Of a DNA stretch of 64,000 nt, positions 11,835-26,427 are shown one piece after another. The stretch lies in NCBI GenBank assembly GCA_964016885.1, contig OZ024754.1, positions 8,866,001 through 8,930,000 of the forward strand, read 5' to 3'. The notes below the pieces were generated by a model, which was not told the origin of the DNA, made no database searches, and saw only the letters and a program-made list of their open reading frames with translations. The position numbers and the translations under genes were made by a program. The DNA is from Eledone cirrhosa. Taxonomy: Eukaryota. Position 1 is the first letter of the stretch. Each line of letters begins with the position of its first letter.

Positions 11835-11868
<34 letters not shown>

Positions 11869-11983
11869 GGTGGTGACGTCGCTGCTGGAGATGGTGGTGA
11901 TGGAGATGATAACGATGATGATGATGATGACGACGACGTCGCTGCTGGAGATGGTGGTGATGGAGATGATAACGATGATGATG

Positions 11984-12014
<31 letters not shown>

Positions 12015-12140
12015 CGACGACGTCGCTGCTGGAGATGGTGGTGATGGAGATGATAACGATGATGATGATGATGACGACGACGTCGCTGCTGGAGATGGTG
12101 GTGATGGTGATGATAACGATGATGATGATGAAGACGATGA
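11633..12140. repeat. Compound (GAT/GGT)n repeat with recurring GACGTCGCTGCTGGAG
   Basis: Direct inspection. Confidence 0.9.
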
Positions 12141-12328
12141 GGAGAATGAGCCTGATGTCGGCATCTTTTCCATGACAAAAACAAGAATGGCGTGTGAACA
12201 ATCCAACAATATCGAATTACAACAATGCTGCACAGAAGAGAGCCGGAACGCCATGGAATTTACACTGACTTCTGCCATAGAATTAACGACGTTATGTCAT
12301 GTAAAGAACATCCTCAGATGTCTAATGA

Positions 12329-12374
<46 letters not shown>

Positions 12375-13121
12375 CATACATACAGGCAGACATACATACA
12401 ACAGGCAGACATACATACAACAGGCAGACATTCATACATACATGCATACATACATACATACATACATACATACATACATACATACATACAGGCAGGCAGA
12501 CATACAGGCAGACATACATACATACATACAGACATACATACATACAGGCAGACATACATACATACAACAGGCAGACATACATACATACATGCATACATGC
12601 ATACATACATACATACATACATACATACATACATACATACATACATACATACATGCAGGCAGACATACATACATACATACATACATACATACATACATAC
12701 ATACATACATACAGGCAGACATACATACAACAGGCAGACATACATACAGGCAGACATACATACATACAACAGGCAGACATTCATACATACAGGCAGACAT
12801 ACATACATACATACAACAGGCAGACATTCATACAGGCAGACATACATACAACAGGCAGACATACATACAACAGGCAGACATACATACATACATACAGGCA
12901 GACATACATACAGGCAGACATACATACATACAACAGGCAGACATACATACATACATACATACATACATACAACAGGCAGACATACATACATACAACAGGC
13001 AGACATTCATACATACAACAGGCAGACATACATACATACATACAACAGGCAGACATACATACATACATACATACAGGCAGACATTCATACATACAACAGG
13101 CAGACATTCATACATACATAC
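12329..13121. repeat. (CATA)n / CAGGCAGA compound microsatellite, expanded tail of the adjacent RTE-derived element
   Basis: Abuts the element 3' end on the - strand. Confidence 0.85.
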
Positions 13122-13508
13122 ATGGTGGCTGCCAACTCGTTTTCGAGAACGGCCACTACTTTATATCCATGTAGGAGAACCCCTACCGATGCGCTGAACG
13201 AGTGTGACTTTTTAGTCCAGCCAGCAACTTGAAAACTCTGTTACAAACACTACACTTGTGACAATTACTGACACATAGTGCTGGGCCCATGGTACCCTGT
13301 GACGACAAGTGCAGAGAGATCTCCAGATATAAAGCAATGCCTGTGCTATGAAGCTTTTATAGTGAGCAAAGGCACTGCACAAAGCCAGTCCCACTCTCTT
13401 AACCAAGATGATATTTACCAAAAAGAAGAACAAGTCAACATCATTGGATACCATCAGGGTTGCAGGTGTTATATCAGAGTTTTCCTTCTCCTAGAATTCT
13501 GCCTTGAC
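13122..13508 (-). mobile_element. 5'-truncated non-autonomous RTE/BovB-like element (family E)
   Basis: Near-identical to 13757-14143; retains C-terminal C2H2-like motif and (ATGT)n tail. Confidence 0.8.
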
Positions 13509-13756
13509 ATACATACATACATACATACCTCATACATACATACCTCATACATACATACATACATACATACATACATACATACATACATACCTCATACATG
13601 CATACATACATACATACAGGCAGACATTCATACATACATACATACATACATACATACATACATACATACATACATACATACATACATACCTCATACATAC
13701 ATACATACATACAGGCAGACATTCATACATACATACATACATACATACATACATAC

Positions 13757-14367
13757 ATGGTGGCTGCCAACTCGTTTTCGAGTACGGCCACTACTTTATA
13801 TCCATGTAGGAGAACCCCTACCGATGCGCTGAACGAGTGTGACTTTTTAGTCCAGCCAGCGACTTGAAAACTCTGGTACAAACACTACACTTATGACAAT
13901 TATTGACACATAGTGCTGGGCCCATGGTACCATGTGACGACAAGTGCAGAGAGATCTCCAGATATAAAGCAATGCCTGTGCCGTGAAGCTTTTATAGTGA
14001 GCAAAGGCACTGCACAAAGCCAGTCCCACTCTCTTAACCAAGATGATATTTACCAAAAAGAAGAACAAGTCAACATCATTGGATACCATCAGGGTTGCAG
14101 GTGTTATATCAGAGTTTTCCTTCTCCTAGAATTCTGCCTTGACAAAGGCTAAGGGGTCATCTCTCCCGGTGATTTTAGATGGCCATTGACTCTTAAGAGC
14201 TCCTTTGCCCTTTGACAGGTTTTGTTTTTAGTCCTGCAGGATGTCCAAAGTCACCCTCCTCACCAAGAAACCTTGGTGGGGTTGCCAGTTTAGTCGCCAA
14301 CGACCCGACCATAAGACAGGTTGTACTGGGATACATGTTACCAGTAGCACCAACTGGTGACCTGACA
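13757..14367 (-). mobile_element. Non-autonomous, internally deleted RTE/BovB-like element, about 610 bp (family E; also 16697-17105 on -, 36168-36529 on +)
   Basis: RTE-type 5' UTR motif CTAGGAGAAGGAAAACTCTG joined to a 3' end encoding [22 protein letters not shown]; (ATGT)n tail. Confidence 0.8.
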
Positions 14368-14615
14368 TACTGACATACATACATACATACATACATACAT
14401 ACATACATGATGGCTGCAACTCAATTTCGAGTAATGTCATCTCTTGATACTTAAGCAGGAGCATCACAGACGTGGCTTTTCAGTCCTGCTAGGTACTTGC
14501 CCATGGCCAGCAATACCATGCATTGCAAAGAATCACACGTAACAAGTCGATACACAATAACAAATCTAATGACATGTAAACGAAACTTCATTGTTTTTAT
14601 TATTATATATATATA

Positions 14616-14908
14616 TCCCAAAAGTCAGCTCAAAAGTGACACAGAGGAGACTGAGGTCAGCTGGACATGCTCACCGACATCCAGAGTTGACATTGCACTC
14701 AGTGCTCCTTTGGGAGCCGCTACATGGACACACTAGAAGTGGAAGACCAAGGTTAACGTATGTTGATGCCCTAAGGACAGACACTGGTCTGTTGGAGACG
14801 CAGGACATGGCAGCGATAATGAGGGACAGAGACCGCTGGACAGAACTCGTCCATGGATCTCGGGAATTTTACCCGCCTTAGATAGATAGATAGATAGATA
14901 GATAGATA
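14616..14908 (+). mobile_element. RTE LINE 3' fragment with (TAGA)n tail
   Basis: Near-identical to 1063-1336. Confidence 0.88.
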
Positions 14909-14914
14909 TATATG

Positions 14915-15057
14915 TTTCTATGTCCTTTTTTTTCTTTTCTTATATAAATAATAAAAATATTTACACGCACAAAACCCACATCGTACCGTCCTGTACCGTC
15001 CTGTGCCGTCTGTAATGTTTTTCTTGATGTCAGCCCTTGTGGCCAATAAAGAAATCA
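14915..15057 (+). mobile_element. Probable L1/Tx1-type 3' UTR fragment
   Basis: Ends GCCCTTGTGGCCAATAAAGAAA, resembling the end of the Tx1-like fragment at about 37365-37388. Confidence 0.4.
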
Positions 15058-15273
15058 TTATTAATATATATAGATATATATATATTTGTGTGTGTGTGTG
15101 TGCGTGTGTGTGTATATATAGTAGAGAATCAGGGCCCGACGGCTGAGCACTTGCCGTTTCGACAGCAAATTCAATATATATATATATATATATATATACG
15201 TTTCTTATATATTTGATATATGTTTATCCTTATCGAGCCCTCTTTGGATTTTAGTCTTCAAATTTATTATTAT

Positions 15274-15543
<270 letters not shown>

Positions 15544-15738
15544 ATATATATATATATATATATATATAACAGTGTGTATGTATGTATAATATTCTTTAAT
15601 AGATAGTAATGCCCGGAGTCAGGTGATCGATGAGTCGAGGCATATTACAGTTGTAAATAGAACAGATTTATCAAAACCAATAACAGTTGCGCCAAAAAGA
15701 TTTCTCATCCATTATGTATCTCTCTCCCTCAACCTCTC

Positions 15739-16698
<960 letters not shown>

Positions 16699-17369
16699 GG
16701 TGGCTGCCAACTCGTTTTCGAGTACGGCCACTACTTTATATCCATGTAGGAGAACCCCTACCGATGCGCTGAACGAGTGTGACTTTTTAGTCCAGCCAGC
16801 GACTTGAAAACTCTGGTACAAACACTACACTTGTGACAATTATTGACACATAGTGTTGGGCCCGTGGTACCATGTGACAAGTGCAGAGAGATCTCCAGAT
16901 ATAAAGCAATGCCTGTGCCGTGAAGCTTTTATAGTGAGCAAAGGCACTGCACAAAGCCAGTCCCACTCTCTTAACCAAGATGATATTTACCAAAAAGAAG
17001 AACACGTCAACATCAGTGGATACCATCAGGGTTGCAGGTGTTATATCAGAGTTTTCCTTCTCCTAGAATTCTGCCTTGACAAAGGCTAAGGGGTCATCTC
17101 TCCCATATATATATACATACATATATACATACATATATATATATATACATACACATACATATAAATATATATATGCATATATTTATGTATGTATATGCAC
17201 ATATTTATGTATGTATATGCATATATTTATGTATATATATACATATATTTAAGTATATATATATACATATATGTATATATATATACATATATGTATATAT
17301 ACACATATATATGCACACACACAGACACACACATATACACATATATATACACACACATACACACATATA

Positions 17370-17423
17370 TAAGTTGTGATGTTGCTGTTCCATTCATGAA
17401 TGGAACAGCAACATCACAACTTA
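17370..17423. repeat. Perfect 54-bp palindrome next to a TA/CA tract
   Basis: TAAGTTGTGATGTTGCTGTTCCATTCA|TGAATGGAACAGCAACATCACAACTTA. Confidence 0.92.
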
Positions 17424-17873
17424 CAATTAAGGAGAAAATGAAAACACACACACACATAGAACAAACAACCAACCAGTAACATGTAAATAAACAAATATAA
17501 ACACACACAGACACCCGGATGTAACACATGCGCAAACTAAACACACAACAGACACAAAAACAAGATGGCGTAGGACAGAACAAAGGAGAGGCACAAAAAC
17601 AAAGAAAAGAATCCCCAGTCACTGAAAAGGTCATAGAATGTGTGACGAAAGAACGTTGACAATATATGAACAATCATCTGGTTGTGGAACCAACCAACCA
17701 ACCAACCGGAAATTTATAAATTCCTAAATTTATAAATTTATTATAATAAATTCAAGTGATTGGCAACATGACCCTCCCAAAGTATAACAATATCGGTTTC
17801 AACACACGTTTTCAGATAAAGAATCTTGCTAAACAAATTCTGAAACGAAATATATATATATATATATATTTAC

Positions 17874-17915
<42 letters not shown>

Positions 17916-17919
17916 TTAC

Positions 17920-17963
<44 letters not shown>

Positions 17964-17995
17964 TTACATATACATATATATATATATTTATTTAC

Positions 17996-18068
<73 letters not shown>

Positions 18069-18476
18069 CATATACATATATATATATATTTACATATACA
18101 TATATATTTACATATACATATATATATATATATATATATTTACATATACATATATATATATATTTACATATACATATACATACATACATATATACATATA
18201 GATATACATACATACATATACATATATATATACATATACATACATATATATATACATACATATATACATACATACACACATATATATATATATATATATA
18301 TACATATACATACATATATATACATATACATATACATATATATATATATACATATACATATACATATATATATATACATACATATACATACATATATATA
18401 TACATACATATATATACATATACATATATATATACATACATATATACATACATACATACATACATACATACATACA

Positions 18477-18512
<36 letters not shown>

Positions 18513-19630
18513 TATGTATATATATATACACATATATACAAATTATTTCATATTGTCGGATACCAATAGTCAAAATATCTTATAAAAGGTTGCAGTAAAA
18601 GTTGGTTTAACGAAATTACTGGAATGGAATTCCGATAATTCGATGAGAGATTTAGCTGATCTCCGTTGGCCAACATTGAATATCAGCCAAAATCGAAACA
18701 TTGCAGTAACTTAGTGTAATGTAGAATGTGAGGGGGGGGGGGGTGGAAGAGGGTGTATGTATTCGTCTCCAGCTCCTTGATCTGACGGAAACTGAGGAAG
18801 GGGTTAAAGAGAGAAAGTTTTTTCTACATAGAAAATTTAATAATTTCTTTTATAGTTACAACTCAGATATATTTTATAAACAAGTCTAATGATTAGAGTA
18901 GCGCACACATACACACACACACTTGCATACATACACACACACTTGCATACATACATACACACACTTGCACACATACAAGGATACATACATACACACACTT
19001 GCACACATACAAGGATACATACATACACACACACATTCATACATACCACAGTACACATATACATACATACACACACACACACACTTGCATACATACATAC
19101 ACACACACTTGCATACATACACACACACACTTGCATACATACAAGGATACATACATACACACACACATTCATACATACCACAGTACACATATACATACAT
19201 ACACACACACACACACTTGCATACATAGATACATACATACGTACACACATACATATGTACACATACACATATACATACATACACATACACACACACACAA
19301 AGATACATACATACACACACACATTCATACATACCACAGTACACATATACATACATACACACACACACACACTTGCATACATAGATACATACATACGTAC
19401 ACACATACATATGTACACATACACATATACATACATACACATACACACACACAAAGATACATACATACACACACACATTCATACATACCACAGTACACAT
19501 ATACATACATACACACACACACACACTTGCATACATAGATACATACATACGTACACACATACATATGTACACATACACATATACATACATACGTACACAT
19601 ACACTTGCATACATACATATGTACACACAC

Positions 19631-20092
19631 GATGGCTGCTCCTTCGTTATCGAGTATGGTCATTGCACGATATACCATTATTAATAATTACACATGTACA
19701 CATACACATATACATACATACGTACACATACACTTACATACATACATATGTACACACATGATGGCTGCCCCTTCGTTATCGAGTATGGTCATTGCACGAT
19801 ATACCATTATTAATAATTATTAATTAATTCTATCGTGCAATGCCTGTGCGTGAAGATATTTTTTTAAATGAGGAAAGACTGTGCACTGAGCCAATCCCAC
19901 TCTCTGAGCGACAGTAGCTATAACCCGAAAAGAAGAAAATATCAACATCATCGGTAACTACTGAGCCGCAGGTTTTATGTCGGAGATATCCCAGTTTCCT
20001 GAGATGCCTTCTCCTAGAAGAATGCCCTGACAAAGGCTAGGGGTCCTTCACTCCCAGTGGTTTAACCGCGCGATCGGGTGTCCAGCCCGACT
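19631..20092 (-). mobile_element. Non-autonomous RTE-derived element family E2 with duplicated 3' end (also 35473-36010 on +, 39352-39670 on +)
   Basis: Shared RTE-like 5' UTR motif TTCTAGGAGAAGGCA.CTCAG and 3' end CTCGATAACGAGGGGGCAGCCATC followed by (ATGT)n. Confidence 0.75.
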
Positions 20093-20658
20093 ATTTGTAC
20101 ACATACACACATATATAGATACATACGTACACATACATACATACGTTCACACATGTACACATACACACGTACATACATACATACGTACACATACATACAT
20201 ACGTTCACACATGTACACATACACACGTACATACATACATACATACGTTCACACATGTACACATACACACGTACATACATACATACGTACACATACATAC
20301 ATACGTTCACACATGTACACATACACACGTACATACATACATACGTACACATACATACATACGTTCACACATGTACACATACACACGTACATACATACAT
20401 ACGTACACATACATACATACGTTCACACATGTACACATACACACGTACATACATACATACGTACACATACATACATACGTTCACACATGTACACATACAC
20501 ACATATATACATACATACGCACACATACACACATACGTACGCACATGTACACATACACGCATACATACGTACACAGACACAAATGCAGACGTTGATATAC
20601 ACAAATACATAGAGATACACACGGAAATATACACTTACAGACACCCACACATATATTG

Positions 20659-22290
20659 TGGGTCGTCAAGTATGAAATTTGTAGAAATTTGTAGAAAACA
20701 ACCAAATTTGTAGAAATTTGTAGAAAACAACCAAATTTGTAGAAATTTGTAGAAAACAACCAAATGTGTAGAAATTTGTAGAAAACAACCAAATTTGTAG
20801 AAATTTGTAGAAAACAACCAAATTTGTAGAAATTTGTAGAAAACAATCAAATGTGTAGAAATTTGTAGAAAACAACCAAATGTGTAGAAATTTGTAGAAA
20901 ACAACCAAATGTGTAGAAATTTGTAGAAAACAACCAAATGTGTAGAAATTTGTAGAAAACAACCAAATTTGTAGAAATTTGTAGAAAACAACCAAATGTG
21001 TAGAAATTTGTAGAAAACAACCAAATTTGTAGAAATTTGTAGAAAACAACCAAATGTGTAGAAATTTGTAGAAAACAACCAAATGTGTAAAAATTTGAAG
21101 AAAACAACCAAATGTGTAGAAATTTGTAGAAAACAACCAAATGTGTAGAAATTTGTAGAAAACAACCAAATTTGTAGAAATTTGTAGAAAACAACCAAAT
21201 GTGTAGAAATTTGTAGAAAACAACCAAATTTGTAGAAATTTGTAGAAAACAACCAAATGTGTAGAAATTTGTAGAAAACAACCAAAATTTTGGAAATTTG
21301 TAGAAAACAACCAAATTTGTAGAAATTTGTAGAAAACAACCAAATTTGTAGAAATTTGTAGAAAACAACCAAATTTGTAGAAATTTGTAGAAAACAACCA
21401 AATGTGTAGAAATTTGTAGAAAACAACCAAATGTGTAGAAATTTGTAGAAAACAACCAAATGTGTAGAAATTTGTAGAAAACAACCAAATGTGTAGAAAT
21501 TTGTAGAAAACAACCAAATGTGTAGAAATTTGTAGAAAACACCCAAATGTGTAGAAATTTGTAGAAAACAACCAAATGTGTAGAAATTTGTAGAAAACAA
21601 CCAAATGTGTAGAAATTTGTAGAAAACACCCAAATGTGTAGAAATTTGTAGAAAACAACCAAATGTGTAGAAATTTGTAGAAAACAACCAAATGTGTAGA
21701 AATTTGTAGAAAACAACCAAATTTGTAGAAATTTGTAGAAAACAACCAAATTTGTAGAAATTTGTAGAAAACAACCAAATGTGTAGAAATTTGTAGAAAA
21801 CAACCAAATGTGTAGAAATTTGTAGAAAACAACCAAATGTGTAGAAATTTGTAGAAAACAACCAAATTTGTAGAAATTTGTAGAAAACAACCAAATTTGT
21901 AGAAAACAACCAAATTTGTAGAAATTTGTAGAAAACAACCAAATTTGTAGAAATTTGTAGAAAACAACCAAATTTGTAAAAATTTGAAGAAAACAACCAA
22001 ATTTGTAGAAATTTGTAGAAAACAACCAAATTTGTAGAAATTTGTAGAAAACACCCAAATTTGTAGAAATTTGTAGAAAACAACCAAATTTGTAGAAATT
22101 TGTAGAAAACAACCAAAATTTTGGAAATTTGTAGAAAACAACCAAATTTGTAGAAATTTGTAGAAAACAACCAAATTTGTAGAAATTTGTAGAAAACAAC
22201 CAAAATTTTGGAAATTTGTAGAAAACAACCAAATTTGTAGAAATTTGTAGAAAACAACCAAATTTCTACAAATTACATACTTGGCCCAAT
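20659..22290. repeat. 29-bp minisatellite, about 54 copies, bounded by imperfect inverted termini
   Basis: Unit AAT[T/G]TGTAGAAATTTGTAGAAAACAACCA; ends TGGGTCGTCAAGTATGAAATTTGTAGAAA / TTTCTACAAATTACATACTTGGCCCA. Confidence 0.92.
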
Positions 22291-22369
22291 ACATATTAGC
22301 ATAATCACATCTTAAAGAATATGCTACGCATTCATTCCCCTTTTGTGAACATAGCCTAGCCTTGTCCAT

Positions 22370-22500
22370 CACCGTTTATCTTCCCCTGGTTCGCAAGCGT
22401 GACCAGCCAAGCTCATAGATGCTATCCAACCATCTTGCTCAGGGTCTACTCCTGGGTCTCCTGCCGATTGGTTTTGTCCGTAAAATCTGTCTAGCGATTC
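22370..22500 (-). mobile_element. Decayed RTE C-terminal fragment
   Basis: Minus translation GRRPRSRP*ARWLDSI resembles the RTE G-R-GRP-RW-D motif. Confidence 0.5.
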
Positions 22501-22898
22501 CTCTATTTCTCAAAACGATCGTTTACACAATTTCAGACCACAGAACCACATCTTGCCTCAGGGTTGTCCCGAACAATGTGGAGGGAAATACAATAAATAT
22601 CCGTTGGTGAATTGACAGAATTGGTAGAGCGTCGTATGAAATTCCCTTGTGATATTTGTTCTGGCCCTTTACATTCTGAGTTCAAATCCCGTCGAGATCA
22701 ACTTCACCTTTCATATTTCTGGTGTCGATAAAATACTGAAGTCGATTAAATTAACTCTGCCCTCCCCTTAACTGTGTTTACCTTGTACCCAAATTAGAAA
22801 TCAATCTACACACAGGACACAGGTGTGTCTCAAATAGATGTTCACCTCGACCACTAATACTGATGAAATCAATCTTATTTTCAGAGGAGTTACCACTC

Positions 22899-23880
22899 GT
22901 TATATGTTGCTAGGGCGGTGGATTGGCAGTATCGGTAGAGGGTCGGACGCCATGCTAGGGTGGTGGATTGGCAGTATCGGTAGAGGGTCAGACGCCATGC
23001 TAGGGTGGTGGATTGGCAGTATCGGTAGAGGGTCGGACGCGATGCTAGGGTGGTGGATTGGCAGTATCGGTAGAGGGTCGGACGCCATGCTAGGGTGGTG
23101 GATTGGCAGTATCGGTAGAGGGTCGGACACCATGCTAGGGTGGTGGATTGGCAGTATCGGTAGAGGGTCGGACACCATGCTAGGGTGGTGGATTGGCAGT
23201 ATCGGTAGAGGGTCGGACGCCATGCTAGGGTGGTGGATTGGCAGTATCGGTAGAGGGTCAGACGCCATGCTAGGGTGGTGGATTGGCAGTATCGGTAGAG
23301 GGTCGGACACCATGCTAGGGTGGTGGATTGGCAGTATCGGTAGAGGGTCGGACACCATGCTAGGGTGGTGGATTGGCAGTATCGGTAGAGGGTCGGACGC
23401 CATGCTAGGGTGGTGGATTGGCAGTATCGGTAGAGGGTCGGACGCGATGCTAGGGTGGTGGATTGGCAGTATCGGTAGAGGGTCAGACGCCATGCTAGGG
23501 TGGTGGATTGGCAGTATCGGTAGAGGGTCGGACACCATGCTAGGGTGGTGGATTGGCAGTATCGGTAGAGGGTCGGACGCCATGCTAGGGTGGTGGATTG
23601 GCAGTATCGGTAGAGGGTCAGACACCATGCTAGGGTGGTGGATTGGCAGTATCGGTAGAGGGTCAGACACCATGCTAGGGTGGTGGATTGGCAGTATCGG
23701 TAGAGGGTCGGACGCCATGCTTTCCAGCATAGTTACGTCCCTTTACGATCTGAGTTCAAATCCCGCCGAGGTTGACTTTGCTTTTCATCCTTACGGGGGT
23801 CGATAAAATAAAGTACCAGTAATGTACTGGGATAATTGCTGGCCTTGTGCCTAAAGTAGAAACAGTTATATGTTGCTAGG
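22899..23880 (+). mobile_element. tRNA-derived SINE with 18 x 45-bp amplified head
   Basis: A-box-like TGGCAGTATCGGT in each unit, single B-box GAGTTCAAATCC at about 23751; 16-bp direct repeat GTTATATGTTGCTAGG at 22899-22914 and 23865-23880. Confidence 0.9.
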
Positions 23881-23921
23881 TTACATGTCATCAATAGTAC
23901 TCAACAACGACTTGACTTATG

Positions 23922-23970
<49 letters not shown>

Positions 23971-24030
23971 GCATATATATATATATTACTTCAAAATATT
24001 AATAAATATAGACAGTCATATGATCAAATA

Positions 24031-24096
24031 TATTTTATTATATATATTTCAGAGATACTGAGCTGTTTCATCAGTACGTCCTCATCAGATAAAATA
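24031..24096 (-). ncRNA. Minimal type-I hammerhead ribozyme motif
   Basis: Reverse complement reads TATTTTAT-CTGATGA-GGACGTACTGA(tgaaacagc)TCAGTATCTCT-GAAA-TATATA-TA-ATAAAATA; 8-bp stem I. Confidence 0.8.
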
Positions 24097-24145
24097 AATT
24101 GATGTCTGACATACCTCAACTGTGCTGATGGTTCAATATATATAT

Positions 24146-24349
24146 AACGAAGGAGGTGTGGTATGGAACCAGATGGACCATAACGCACCAGAGTACTCAA
24201 TACTTAGAGTAGTAGAGTGGGTAATAGGAAAATGTTTAACCCCGACGGCAGAGCTCAACCCGTTTCGACGGCTATTTCTGGACTAAAATTTTACTTCGAA
24301 ATAGCTGTCGAAACGGCTTGAGCTCTGCCGTCGGGGTTAAACATTTTCC
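24146..24349. mobile_element. Family C fold-back copy
   Basis: Homologous to 5448-5646, with an imperfect apex hairpin. Confidence 0.8.
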
Positions 24350-24906
24350 TATATATATATATATATATATCGACAGTCAATCGATTTTCGTCAAATCGGA
24401 CCGAGGAAACAATGTTTCCATTCGTCTTTCCAATTGCTAATACTCTCTATCGGTTGCAACTCCAGGTAGAAGGAGCAACTTGAAATAAAGTGTCTTGCCC
24501 AAGGACATAACACATTGCCCGGTCCGGGAATCGAATTCACAACCTCACGATTGCGAATCTAATTCTATAACCACTCAGCCACGCGCCTTCACACACACAC
24601 ACATATATATATATACATATATATATACATATATATATACATATATATATACATATACATATATATATATATACATATATACATATATACATATATACAT
24701 ATACATATATATATACATATATACATATACATATATATATACATATATACATATACATATATATATATATATACATATATATATACATATACATATACAT
24801 ATACATATATATATACATATACATAAATGAAGTAATTCCGTCGGAAAAGTCCAGGAAAAAAGAGTGCTCTATGTAGGCAACAGAGCTTAATTATTATTAT
24901 TATGTA

Positions 24907-25093
24907 GTGGTGGATTGGCAGTATCGGTAGAGGGTCGGACGCCATGCTTTGACGTATAGAGTTACGGCCCTTGCCATTCTGAGTTCAAATCCCGCCGAGG
25001 TTAACTTTGCCTTTCATCCTTACGGGGTCGATAAAATAAAGTACCAGTAATGTACTGGGTAATCTCTGGCCTTGTGCCTAAAGTAGAAACAAT
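24907..25093 (+). mobile_element. tRNA-derived SINE, major family (further copies at about 27826-28018, 32295-32845 cluster, 37910-38097, 40062-40173, 42424-42595, 54637-54886, 60487-60645, 62891-63065 on +; 11520-11620, 48995-49195, 50350-50445, 52305-52482, 56078-56268 on -)
   Basis: A box, B box GAGTTCAAATCC, conserved body AACTTTGCCTTTCATCCTTACGGGGTCGATAAAATAAAGTACCAG, tail AAGTAGAAACAATT; several have TSDs. Confidence 0.88.
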
Positions 25094-25123
25094 TATGTAA
25101 TAAACAACATAAGGCAATTATTC

Positions 25124-25177
25124 CATTTACCAGTGGTTTCTTAAAAGCAAAAGGTTTTGCTTTCAATCCTCAGAATG
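25124..25177 (-). ncRNA. Minimal type-I hammerhead ribozyme motif (decayed sibling 31400-31453)
   Basis: Reverse complement reads CATT-CTGAGGA-TTGAAAGCAAA(acct)TTTGCTTTTAA-GAAA-CCACTGG-TA-AATG. Confidence 0.78.
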
Positions 25178-25327
25178 AAAAAATCCTGGTTTGTTTATTG
25201 AATTTGGATTTTAAAAAACAAAAATACAATCTATATGAAAGTGAGGCTGGAGAAGGAAGAAGGAAAGGAAAAATAAAATAAAACTACACATGCAAACACA
25301 CACACAAAAAAACACAAAAGCATACAT

Positions 25328-25370
<43 letters not shown>

Positions 25371-26272
25371 TACACATACACACACATACATACATTCATA
25401 CACACACACACACACACATATACACACATATATATATACATATATATATATATATACACACATACACATACATATATATACATGTGTGTACAAGCATACA
25501 CATATACAAACATAGCCATACACACACACATATATACATACATACATTCACACAATCATACATATATACATACGTACATATATATATACATATACATATA
25601 CATATATATATACATATATATATACATATATATATACATATACATATATATATATATACATATATATATACATATACATATATATATACATACATATATA
25701 CATACATATATACATATACATATATACATACATATATACATATATATATATACATACATATATATACATATACATATATATATATATATATATATAAGAG
25801 AGAGAGAGAGATGAGTCAGGAACCCGACGGCTGAGCTCTTGCCGTTTCAACAGCTACTTCTAGGATTTATATATATATATATATAAATATATATATATAT
25901 ACAAACATGCACACATACACTCACACACAAAACATGCAAGCATAAAACACAAACGCATACATTCATCTATACACACACACACATTCTCTCTCTCTCTCTC
26001 TATCTCTCTCTCTCATTCTGTATGTGTGTGTGTATATGTATGTGTATGGGGTGTGTGTGAGTATGTGTTTAACTGGAGACAGTTTATTCGGTGCAATAGA
26101 AGACCATAGCAGAAATGAATAATTGAGAGTATAGCGCTGCACAGACATTTAGTACAAATAAAAGTTGAAGATAAAAGTATTTTATAGTAGAATATATTAT
26201 ATGTTATGAATGGTAACAATATAGCTGAGGAAATATTGTCCAGTAGCGTGTTTTGCATACTAATTACATATA

Positions 26273-26427
26273 CAGTAAAATTCCGTTATAACGAACACCA
26301 TTATAACAAATTTTTCTTCAGTTACCGGCCACAAGCTCGATATGGTAGGTCGATCTCGTTATAAAGATTTTTTCGTTACAATGAATTTTTTTATACCCCA
26401 TGAATTTCGTTATAACGGAATTTACTG
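26273..26427. mobile_element. Pogo/Tigger-type MITE
   Basis: TIRs CAGTAAAATTCCGTTATAACGAA / TTCGTTATAACGGAATTTACTG, TA flanks. Confidence 0.82.

Noticed and set aside
11569-12278. His-, Ser- and Met-rich ORFs
   Set aside because: Trinucleotide repeat open in several frames on both strands
20635-22372. Three 460-570-aa ORFs on the - strand
   Set aside because: A stop-free 29-bp repeat is open in all three frames
22838-23806. 322-aa Gly/Trp repeat protein
   Set aside because: It is the amplified SINE head within a TSD
24907-24995. tRNA gene
   Set aside because: A and B boxes are present but there is no cloverleaf; it is the head of a multi-copy SINE
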